64,000 nucleotides of DNA, taken from the NCBI GenBank assembly GCA_043228905.1, contig JBHGNT010000009.1, positions 10,106,001-10,170,000 on the forward strand, read 5' to 3'. Positions 38,251 through 49,690 of the stretch are shown piece by piece. The notes below the pieces were generated by a model. That model ran no database searches. It was not told where the DNA came from and was given only the letters and a program-made list of their open reading frames with translations. Position 1 is the first letter of the stretch, and every line of letters begins with the position of its first letter. The DNA is from Azolla caroliniana. Lineage: Eukaryota; Plantae; Polypodiophyta. A program made the position numbers and the translations under genes.

Positions 38251-41200
38251 ACCGTACGTATAATAAATAAATTATTTATTACGTGCATAGGGCAAGATTT
38301 AAACTTGTACCTCAACATAAATAAACTTCAACCTTACCATTGTACTAACTTAACCTTAGTGTTTTAAATATAGATTTAATACCTATAAGACCTTTATTTA
38401 TGCCTGGCTTTATTAAAAGGTAAACCATGCATTTTTAGAGTGCGTGAATACTTTATAAACCAATAAAAAAAAAAATACTCGTGCACATCTAACGTGCATG
38501 AGCACTATATTTAGGAAATAGAAGTATAGTGGAAAAAAGAACTCATGCACATTTAGTGTGCATGAACACTTTAGGAAAAGTAGGAAGCGATGCTTAGTCT
38601 CTCCCATCCTTATATAAGGAGGAGAGAAATATGTATAAGGTTGTTGATTATATTACAAGGGTTGATTAATATAATATATTTGTGGGATTCACGAATTTGC
38701 TAACTATTTTTCTCTCTTAATCTGAGTACTCACGAATATACTATACTTGTGGGATTCACGAGTTTTTCATATCTTTCTTTCTTACAATATATTTCATATT
38801 CTTAATTGCCTTAGAATTTTCTTTTCTCCTAGTCCAAAACCTCAGTGGTTCCCGCTTGACTCACGCAACGATCCGGAGTCGAAAGGCACGACACAAGCGG
38901 TGAACCCGACATGAAAACGGGTGGCATGGAGTTGGAAAATCAACCGGAGGCTAACAACATGATGATGATGTTCGAGCGGATGCTTCAAGAACAATGTGCG
39001 ATGTCGGAGATAGCGGCGACAGTAGAGTGGCTCGTGCAACGGATCGGGCAATTCAACGGAAAGGATGTATCACGATATCTTCGGGACTACAAGGCGGAAA
39101 TGCTACGGTGCGGGATTTCGGTAGGATTGCAAGTGACATCCTTCAACCGGGTGGCTACCGACGGGCTTCAAGCAAGTATCCACGGGCTACGACAACAAAA
39201 TCCGACGTGGGAAGCGTTTGAAGAGGCGCTAAAGACCACGTTCACTATCGAGGATTCCTCCAAGGCAACGCGGAAAGGATTTAAGGATTGGGTGGAAACG
39301 TTGGACAAGGAGATGAAGGTCCTCGATGTGTTTTCGGCATTCGAAAGTCGGTTCGGGAGATTGTCTGCGAGAGATCAAGCTATCCTCGCACCGGACAAAG
39401 TTATCATGTTCTTACGAGCCGTAGACATCCGAGACTGGAAGGATCTTGGAGTGCTTCTAGAGGACACGACTACTGAGAGTGGCCTCACCGAAACATGGGA
39501 AAGCGTGCGGGATATCGTCGCGCGATACACAAAGAGGGGGCAATGGCTTGCCAATGAAGAAAAGAGGGTTTTGGAACCGATTCCGAAACCGAGATCCGGA
39601 TAGGAAGACCATCAACTGCGGGCTTGGGAAGCTACGACCGAGAAGGGAATCGACGCAACTACGGTGGAGCAGTTGTTGAAGGAGATGGAGAATCTAAAAA
39701 TCGTGATGGTGAAGAAGTCGGATGACCGTCCCACAAGTTCCAAGTATATGGACCGTCGGTGCATATGGTGCGATAGCACTGAACATGATCGAAGGGATTG
39801 CGACGAGCACAAGGAAGCGCTACGACGGGAACTTATCTACTACGAGGGAAATCAGATTCATTCGATGGACTCTCGGAAGCCGCTCAGACCGAACTTCCGA
39901 AAAGGCGGCATGAAGAAGGTCCTAGAGGAGGAAATAGTGGCGAAGAGGAATTACGCGACAACCATGGGAATACGTGTCGGGGATTCATCGGGAGTAAAGG
40001 TGTCTTTTTGGCCGGAAGTGCTAGAAAACACCGAGAAAACCGACTCCAACGAGATCTGAAGCACCGCGGAAGGAATCCGGGAAGCTATGGGATGGGAGTG
40101 CCCTGTCGATAAGAATAGCGTATACGCCCTATGTCAATTACATGAGGTGTATATGGACAAGAAGCGACGACGCGCGGAGGATGCGACCTGACCATCGAAG
40201 ACACTGGAGAGCTGGAACTCCGACGGAAGAGGGAAAGGAAAAACAATTCCGACATTCAAACTCGCTTCGGACAGACATAAAGAAAGTGTTCGAGGAGAGA
40301 ATCCTCGACAGCCGGGTAGATTTTTCGCTTCGGGAACTACTCGGAATAACAAAAAAGGAGTTCCATGATCTTCTTGTGGATCTTGTGAAAAGAAAAAGAC
40401 AAACTATGGAGGAAAATGCGCCGATGGTGAATGCATATACCATTCTGATGAACGACACCGAAGTGGAGGACGAGATTCCGAATTCCCACTATACAAAGCC
40501 ACACTAGGCGCTTGCAACTACCGAGACTCCGGTCCGAATCGGCAACATCAAAGAGCCCGTGCTAGCATTGATTGATCACGGATCGGAGATAAATTTGATG
40601 TCTAAGGAGTTCTACTGGAAGGGGAAGTGGCCTATTAACACCAATCATGGATAGACGATCCGGGTGGCCACTAAAGCAATGGAAGATCTATTTGCGGCTT
40701 GTCCAGATGTGATGGTGAAGATCGGGGATGTCAAGATCGACCAAAATTTCTTCGTACAAGATGAGGTCTCACACTCCATGATCCTCGGGCAACCCTTTGT
40801 CACGGCTTCACGGATGGAGACGAAGGTGCTCGACAGTGGTGCGACTTTTGCATGAATTCGGAGCCAAAACGGAGGGAAATCCGTCCAATTCCTAATAGTG
40901 CTGGCAAATCATGAAAGGAACAAGAGAGAGCTCTTGTCCCAAACAAGAATGGATTTTTAGAGAGGACTATTGCGGAGTGGGGAAGTGATAGTCCGAGAAG
41001 CCCTGATACCCCACACAGGAAGAAAACTCTCGGAGCAAAACAAGTATGAATCGGTCCGGATGGGGCATCCACGTACACAGCCGTAACCGGAGGAATGAAG
41101 AAAGAATACTGAAAAGTGGAGGATAAGTTACGTTCGGCATCAATAATAAAAGAAGACGACGAAATCGTGGAAATAGTCGAAGAAGTGTTCTATGGGAGCA

Positions 41201-43759
41201 CGCTACAACGGCTTGAAGAGCTCCTGGAAGATACAAGCCAAGGAAACCGGGTAATTCCGGTGGAATCGGTTGAGATGTACGAGATCATTGCGAAAATGGG
41301 GCTGGATGTGCTCTTGAAAGAAGAAGCAATGGTAAGTAAGAAATACAAGACCGTGGAGAAGAAGGTGAAACCGGCCGCGGGACCACTACCCGAAAGTCAT
41401 CGACTTGCTCAAGGAGAAGGTGGCGATGGGGATTCTAGAGCCATCAAACGCTACATACTCGAATCGATGGTTTACGGTTCCGAAGAAGAATGGATCACTC
41501 TGATTTATCCAAGACTTGCAATCGGTGAACAAGGTCACGATCCGGAACTCGGGAGTCGGTCCAATAGTGGACGAATTTGCAGAACCTTTTGCTGGACGTG
41601 ATATATACTCCTCCGGGTATGACCAATTCCAACTAGCCGTGGAGAGCCGAGACATCACCACAATGCGGACACCGATAGGGTTAGTCCGAATGTGGACACT
41701 ACCACACGGAGCGACAAACTCGGTTGCACATATGATGAACGCGATGAACAAGGTGCTTCGAGATTGCATCATGGAGATAACGATGCCGTTCTTAGATGAC
41801 ATTCTGATGAAAGGATGCGCGGTAGAAGAAAAAGATGAAACTATGGATGATCGAGGATGCCGAAAGTTCGTAGTCGACCATATTCGCGATTGCAAGAAAG
41901 TGCTTCGAAAGTTAGAAGATGTGCACCTAACACATTCCGGGGAGAAATCGGCATTCGGGCAAGAAGAGATATTGGTAGTCGGACATCTATGTGGGCCCTA
42001 CGGCCGAAGACTGTCACCGACCAAGATCGATGCGATTCAAGCTATGAAAGAAATATGCGAGTCACAATCTGAAGTCCGAAGGTTTCTCAGAGCATGTGCA
42101 TTCTACCACATATGGATTCCGCACTATGCACATATTGCGGACCCACTCTATCACTTGTTGCGGAAGGGTAAGAAGTTTGAATGGAAACCGGAGCATACCA
42201 AAGCCGTGAAGAAGCTCAAGAAATCACTACGAAGGGCAAAAGCACTAAAGAAGCCGAACTATGACTGACCGATCATAGTAACGGTTGACACAAGTCCAAC
42301 TGGAATTGGATGGGTCATCAATCAAGCCGATCCGGATGGTTCGCGATATCTGATCCGATTCGAAGCAAAGGTTCTCAACGAAAGGCAACACGGGTATGCA
42401 CAAGTCAAAAGAGAATTATGGGGAGTTGTGTCGGCAATCAAATCGGATTGAGATTATTTGATCGGAGCGGAAGTAGTGATCGAAACATATTGTCTTCCGA
42501 TACTCGGGATGATGCTGTGTTGCACGATACCGGATGTGGCTATGCTAAGATGGATTGCATATGTTAAGTCGCTTAACCCGGACGTACGACACATCTCCGG
42601 AAAAGACAACGCGGTAGCGGATATGCTATCAAGGGCTCAGTTCAGAGATGGCATAGCCGAATCCGATAATGAAGATGTTTCTGAAGACTACTTTGCTTCG
42701 GAGCACATATGCCGAGTAAACGTAATCCAAGAATTCCAAGAAGAAGAATACGAGGGAGAAAGCTTGACGATCGGGAAGATGCTACAAGAGATCAAGGTGT
42801 TAATGAACGATAAAGAAAAGAGAGCCAAGATCCAAAGTAAGAAGCGACAAGTCCGAAAGTTCTTCTTGAAAAAGGGATTAATATGGAGGGAGCCGAAAAG
42901 ACTGGATGGCATACCACTTCGGGTAGTTGGAACGAAAGAGCAACGAAACCGGATAATATCTGACTTTCATGAATCCGATTGGGCTGGACATCGAGGAACA
43001 TGGGCAACTTTTGTGAAAATCAAACAAAAATATTGGTGGAAGAATATGTACAAAGATGTAGCGGAGTTCACGGGAAGCTGCGAGAAGTGTCAAGTCTACT
43101 CTGGGGTTCGACACCGAGATGAATTACCTCCAACATTTTCACCGACAATCAACTTCAAGTGGATGGTCAACATTGTAGCCATGCCAACCGGGATCAAACA
43201 AAAAAAGTACTTGGTGTTAGCTCAGGAAGATCTCATAAACCAAGTAGAAGGTCGAGCACTACGAAGGAAAACGTGTTTTGTAGTATGCCAATTGTTACCC
43301 GGAACCGGACAGTCAGTTTTACCGAACAAGTGGGAAAGCGTCGAAAACGGAGTCGGTTCGGATCGACTGTTCGGATCAATGACTCAGCAGTGAACGAAGA
43401 GAACTAAGTTAGTTAGATAATTTTGTAATTCTTGATAGTAAGTAGGAATAGTTCTTGATGAGAAAAGACCTTCGGTATACCTATAAAAGGGAACTGAAGG
43501 CATTGTAAGAAAGGTCGTTTATTTAGTAATATAAGTTTAAGTTAGGAATATCATGTACGGATTCTGTGTTCTTTCTATTGTCTATGTTGTTAAGTGCAAG
43601 CTTCCTAATTTATAACTAAGTAACGATCACGGTAATTACCGATTATTATAGTATATTTCCATTCATAAAACACAATTCCTTGTTAGAACGTTGAGTAGCG
43701 ACGTTTTCTCTTCTGTATCGGTAGTAGTTAGTAATTAGCCGAATAACACAGAAGAAATT

Positions 43760-43772
43760 TGGCACGCCCGGT
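43760..43772 (+). promoter_or_regulatory. PBS (tRNA-Arg-like) of E2
   Basis: TGGCACGCCCGGT, 11 nt after the 5' LTR end. Confidence 0.8.
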
Positions 43773-43807
43773 TACATCTGCAATTAAGCAGAGAACAAAT
43801 CGAATGG

Positions 43808-45760
43808 ATGTCGTATGAAGAGGAGACACCGGTCAGTTGTAAGCGCCCTCGTACAAGGTCAGTTACGAAGGCAGTGCAGGAAGCGTTCATTGCGCAAGAA
43901 CAGTCGGAATCAAGCACAAAGTGGTCGAAACTTCCTGACTTATCCGATCAATTACCTTCAGACGAAAAACAGACGGAAGAGGTATCGTTTTACGACATTT
44001 GGGACGATATGCCTTATACTTATTCTAAGTTCCGGGAAGGAACAGATGCGGAAGCACATGTTAGGGATTTCTTAACGACATGGGAGATTAACCATGGAGC
44101 TCAGCGATTGTCGGCAGATGCCGAAGATAAGTCAAAAATCGCTGAGTTCGTCTTATCATTAGACGGATATTCTGCCAATTGGTTTGCGCAGAACGGTCTT
44201 CAAGGATTTCCATCCTTTGAAGTGTTAACTAGTAAATTTTTACAATTATTTCATCAACAAATTCCGCAGAAGGATTTGATTGCGCAATTTTATGCGTTAT
44301 ATCAAGAAAGAAATGAAACAGTATCTCAGTTTGTGATACGATTTCAGAACTTACAGCTTCAGATTTCAAGGCCGATTCCGGATAATGAATTAAAAGAAGT
44401 CTTTCTAGAAGCTGTAAAAGAACCATTAAGGACGACATTGAAAGTGTTCGATTTTCGAACTCAGACTATCGAACAAGTAATTGATAAAGCAATAGAAATG
44501 GGTCGACCACCGGTCAATGTTCAGAGTATGGACATGTCGGCATTACACCGTACATTACCAACAATAGAGGAGTTACAATTTCGACAAGCAGTTCAATGCA
44601 CCACTTGTTTAAATACGGGGCATTCGGCAATTGAATGTACGTTAAGAACATATTGTACAATATGTCATTCAAAATTACATTCAGTAGAACAATGTGAATA
44701 TAATCTGCTTAATAAAACTACGGCGTCAGTACGACAAATTTTTACTGACAATGGTTACCAAAATAACACTAATCCGTTCAATGGTTATCAAAATAACAAT
44801 TTTTCACAAAATCAGCAAAATGTACAACAAAATCCGGTTCTACAGCCAAATAAGATCTTTTCACAACAAAATATGCAACCCACTCAAGTGACTCAAGCAT
44901 TTCAACCAGGATTTGCTCAATCCAACCCACCATTCGTAAAGAATCCGAATCAATATTTTCAACAAAATAATCAAAGTTTCCAACAAGGTAACCCACCATT
45001 TCAAGGGTTTCAACAGAACTGTCCGAATGTGCAACCGAATTCTGCATTTCAACCGGGTAATATGACCTTTCAACATAATACTCAAACCGTTCCACAAAAT
45101 AATCAAATGTTTCAACAGAATAATTTTCCACCAAATCAGGAGTTCGGCATAACACAAAATGTAGCACAACCAAATGATAATACCGAACAATTTAGGCAGA
45201 ATCGGTATAAAAATAAAAGATTTTACAAACCAAAAGCTACACGTCAATACCAACAAAACCCGAGTGGTAATGAAGAGCAGCAATTTAATAACGGCCAATT
45301 TGCACATGGAGAGACCGGTGGAACATTTGTACCCACTTGTTATATTTGTCGACAACTAGGCCATTATGCTAATCAATGTCCGGTTAAAGGAAAGGGTCCA
45401 GCAGTTAATATGGTAATACCGGAAGTTCAGCAAGTAACGACACGCAGCAAAAGCAAACAATCAGAGTGGGAAATTCAGGAAGAAGTTCGGAAGGCGGCAA
45501 AAGAATGGGTTGACGAAGCAAATCAAAGTAATGTGAATCGAATGATACAAGACAATAACATTGACCAGAACATCGCTGTACAACAGTCATTGGGGAATAA
45601 GGAACAGGAAGAAACTTGGAAACTGTTGGCGGATTGCCAAGTGTCATTGCCACTTACGGGCTTACTTAAGTTAGTACCAAGGTTTACAGAAAAAGTAGCA
45701 GCATTAATTGCATATAAAGGTTCTGAACAAATAGCAGTACACTACAATCAGCCAACTTAG
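43808..45760 (+). CDS. gag: Gag of E2 (capsid, three Zn knuckles, Q/N-rich insert)
   Basis: 650-aa ORF; Q...ETVSQFVIRF capsid motif; CTTCLNTGH, CTICHSKLH, CYICRQLGHYANQC. Confidence 0.9.
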   Translation: MSYEEETPVSCKRPRTRSVTKAVQEAFIAQEQSESSTKWSKLPDLSDQLPSDEKQTEEVSFYDIWDDMPYTYSKFREGTDAEAHVRDFLTTWEINHGAQRLSADAEDKSKIAEFVLSLDGYSANWFAQNGLQGFPSFEVLTSKFLQLFHQQIPQKDLIAQFYALYQERNETVSQFVIRFQNLQLQISRPIPDNELKEVFLEAVKEPLRTTLKVFDFRTQTIEQVIDKAIEMGRPPVNVQSMDMSALHRTLPTIEELQFRQAVQCTTCLNTGHSAIECTLRTYCTICHSKLHSVEQCEYNLLNKTTASVRQIFTDNGYQNNTNPFNGYQNNNFSQNQQNVQQNPVLQPNKIFSQQNMQPTQVTQAFQPGFAQSNPPFVKNPNQYFQQNNQSFQQGNPPFQGFQQNCPNVQPNSAFQPGNMTFQHNTQTVPQNNQMFQQNNFPPNQEFGITQNVAQPNDNTEQFRQNRYKNKRFYKPKATRQYQQNPSGNEEQQFNNGQFAHGETGGTFVPTCYICRQLGHYANQCPVKGKGPAVNMVIPEVQQVTTRSKSKQSEWEIQEEVRKAAKEWVDEANQSNVNRMIQDNNIDQNIAVQQSLGNKEQEETWKLLADCQVSLPLTGLLKLVPRFTEKVAALIAYKGSEQIAVHYNQPT

Positions 45761-45776
45761 TAATAACCCTTCGATC

Positions 45777-48700
45777 ATGGATGAACAGAATCCGTCGATT
45801 AAGGTAATACTTTATGGGCAAGAAATTGGAAATGTGATTATAGATGGAGGCTCGGGAGTTAATGTGATTAACAAAGCTACATGTGAAAAACTAGGAATCA
45901 CGGAATGGGAAGCATGTCCGTTTTGGTTACGAATGGCAGATACAAGTATGGTACGACCGATTGGTTTGCTTCGACAACTGGATGTAATAATCGGGGGACA
46001 CAGTTTTCAGATTTCGGCAGTGATTTTGCAGTTAGAAACACAGGGAGCATACCCCTTGTTATTGGGGAGACCATGGTTAAAGACAGCTAATATCAAACAA
46101 AATTGGAAACAAAATGTGCTAACATTTAGGAAAGGAAAAACTAAGGTCAGGATTCCGACGCACAACAAAGTGACAACAAGCAAACAGAGTTTACCTGTAC
46201 ATGTAGAAGCAGTTAATATGATGGAAGGATTGGACGAGGAAGAAGAAAGTCAGTATTTCAATGATAATCAGAAAATCATCCCTCTATTTGAGGTAGATAT
46301 TTTGCAAGCATTAACACCATATGTAGACTCACACGAAGAAGTGCCAATAGATGAGCAAACAATGAAAGAAATACGAATGCAACAAGAAGCTACAGATAAG
46401 GAAATGAAGGTATCTCAGAGAGTGCAAGCCTCAGCATTGGAGGAGATCGATTTGGCAGGAGTAGAGGATGGTGAAAGAAAAACAATCTTGATTGCTAGAG
46501 ATTTGGCGGAAAATGACAAACAAACATTAACAACATTACTATTACAATATAAAGATGTGTTTGCATGGTCGTTTGACGATATGAAAGGTCTGGATCCCGC
46601 TTTTTGTCAACATCAAATCAATTTGCATAAAGATGCAAAGCCAGTACAACAACGCAGGTACAGGTTGAATCCGAATTATGCTATCAAAGTAAAAGAAGAA
46701 ATCGATAAACTCTTAAAAGTAGGATTTATTCGACCCGTCAAAAAATCAACATGGCTGAGTCCGATAGTAGTAGTCCCGAAAAAGAATGGGAAAATTCGCG
46801 TATGTGTGGATTACAGAAAATTGAATGCAGCGACAATTACGGATGCGTTTCCGTTGCCATTCACAGATGGGATATTAGATGCAGTAGCTGGACATGAAAT
46901 TTATAGTTTCTTGGATGGGTTCAGTGGGTACAACCAAGTACGGATGAATCCGGAAGATCAGGAAAAGACAGCTTTTGTCACATAATGGGGTGTCTTTGTG
47001 GCAGTAGTAATGATGTTCGGTTTAAAAACAGCTCCAGCTACATTTCAGCGGGTAATACAGGAAATATTCGGGGAATATATTCCAGCTTTCATGCAGGTGT
47101 TTTTAGATGATTTTGCGGTATATAGTCGGAAAGCTGATCATTTTGAGCATTTACGGCTATGTTTAGAAAAATGTCGAAAAGGGCGTCTTAGCTTAAATCC
47201 AGCCAAATGCGCATTCGGAGTAATGAGTGGTACGTTACTAGGGCATATTGTCAGTCAAGAAGGGATTGCAGTGGACCCAGACAAAGTTAAAGCAATTATT
47301 GAGGCAACACCACCGACAAATGCTAAAGCTCTAAGTATATTTTTGGGTCAAATTCGGTGGCACAGTAGAATGATGAGATATCTAGCAGACATTGCTATTC
47401 CGTTACACACAGCAGTACACAAAGTTCCTTTTATATGGACAAGTATAGAACAAGATGCATACGAATGTCTCAAGAAGATGCTGACAAAGGTTCCGGTAGT
47501 TCAACCACCGGACTGGAACAAACCATTTCATGTTTTCGTCGATGCGTCGGACATTGCCATAGGCAGTGCTTTAATGCAATTATCCGAACCAAACTGGTAT
47601 AGGCCGGTATACTATGCCAGTAGGAAACTTTCGTCGGCCGAAAGAAACTATTCAACAACCGAAAGAGAAGCTTTGGGAATGATATATAGTGTGAACAAAT
47701 TTCGACATTACCTATTGGGTAAGAAATTTACATTTCATGTGGATCATTCGGCTCTACTGTATCTAGTTTCCAAACAAGAATTGACAGGCAAGTTAGCCAG
47801 ATGGACGTTATTGCTTCAAGAGTTTGAATTCGACATTATACATCGACCAGGAGCACAGCACGCGATTGCTGACTATCTCAGTCGGCTTGAATCTGGAGAA
47901 GAAGCGGTTGGTGTTAAAGATGATTTTCCAGATACTCAATTATTTCGGGTTGAGACAGTAAAAGCACAAGAAATGAATGAGGAAAAAGAGGATGAATGGA
48001 TTTCCGAAATGACGATATTTCTATCAACAGGAATTCCGGCCGAACACTTGTCAACAGATGAAAGAAAAAGAATTGCAGTACGAAGTCGAAATTTTTGTTT
48101 ATTTAATGACATGTTATATCATAAAGGAGCGGATGGAATATGGCGAAGGGCAGTACGGAAATTTGAAAAATTAGCCATATTAATAGAGTCACATTGTGGA
48201 ATTGCTGGCGGTCATTACGCAGGAGAAGCAACAGCCAGAAAAATATGGAATAGCGGATTATGGTGGCCAACGGTGATGAAAGATGCTAACGAATACTGTA
48301 AGAAATGCGATTTGTGTCAAAGAATGGGGCAACTGACCGAAAAAGATCGAATGCCTTTTCAACCGGTTTTACCTCTTGAGCCATTTCAGAAATGGGGCTT
48401 AGATTTTGTTGGCCCATTCAAACCAGCAGCGACAAGAACCGGTAATCGATATATCATAATTGCGACTGACTATTGCACAAAATGGGTTGAAGCAAAAGCT
48501 CTCAGAGACAATACAGCAGCATCCACAACAAAATTCCTGTATGAAAATATATGGTGTCGATTTGGTTGCCCAATAGAATTGGTAAGCGATCAAGGCACTC
48601 ATTTTATTAACAAGTTAATTCACGAATTAACTAATTATTATGCCGTAGTTCATAAGAAAAGTACGCCTTACTATCCCCAAGCTAATGGATTGGCAGAATC

Positions 48701-49286
48701 GACAAATAAAACAATTCAAACAATTTTAAAGAAGATAGTGAATGAAAATCGTACTGATTGGGATCAAAAGTTAAATAGTGCATTATGGGCATATCGTACT
48801 TCGTACAAAACATCCATTAAATCAACACCTTTCCGAATGGCATTCGGACTTGAAGCTGTTATGCCGATCGAATTTCAAATTCCGACACTTCGTATCCAAG
48901 CGACGAATAAGTTAAATGAAATAGAATCGGAGCAGATACGCAAAGAGGCTTTATTAGTATTAGAAGAAGAACGGATTCAATCAATGTCAGCACTAGAACA
49001 CAAGCAGAGACAAATCAAGGCATTCGTAAATCGACATCAAAGGAAATCGGAAGAGCAATTCGAAATTGGGAAACCGGTATTGGTATTCCAGATGAAAATG
49101 GGACTTATGCCTGGGAAACTCCGGTATAGATGGACAGGTCCAGTATGGATAATTAATAGTAAAAATGGTACGTATCAGCTGGGATCATTAACCGGAGAGG
49201 TTTTACCGAAATGGGTAAATGGATTCCGGCTTAAACCGTATTTGGGAGATATGCCGGTAAACCCGTTTATTCAAACGGAAGAGTAA
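45777..49286 (+). pseudogene. pol: Pol of E2 (PR-RT-RH-INT) with one in-frame stop at 46983-46985 and +1 offset from gag
   Basis: IIDGGSGVN, FLDGFSGYNQ, AFVT*WG, VFLDDFAVY, DASD, GLDFVGP, SDQGTHF, PQANGLAE, GKLRYRWTGP. Confidence 0.93.
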
Positions 49287-49690
49287 AATAAAAAAATAAA
49301 AAAAAACTAACTAACTCACTCAATAGTTCTTGTCAAATGCAGAAATAGAATCTTGCCATAATAGTCTGAATCGACTATAAATAGAAAGAGGAATTGCATG
49401 ATTATTAGTAAATGGTACAACCACTACACGTAGAGTTAATACTAATTAATTCCTACATTAATAGCAATTACTACTCTTTAGTCATAATGCATAAGTTAAT
49501 ATCTTTAAAGCATATTTCTGTATCTTCTGTGTCGCCAAAGCAACAGAAACGAGTGTAGATATCGAAACATTCTGAGCCTTCGTGCCCTAGCTCGCCCAAA
49601 CTCTGTTTTTCTGATTTTCATCGCTACAGAAGCTGTGCAGATCTCCAACCGTCATCGACAAGTGATTCCGAACAAGGAAACACAGAAGTC

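Noticed and set aside
45750-45780. Programmed +1 frameshift at CTT-AGT
   Set aside because: CTT is not in the gag frame, and E1 reads through this region in one frame; a 1-nt insertion is more likely.
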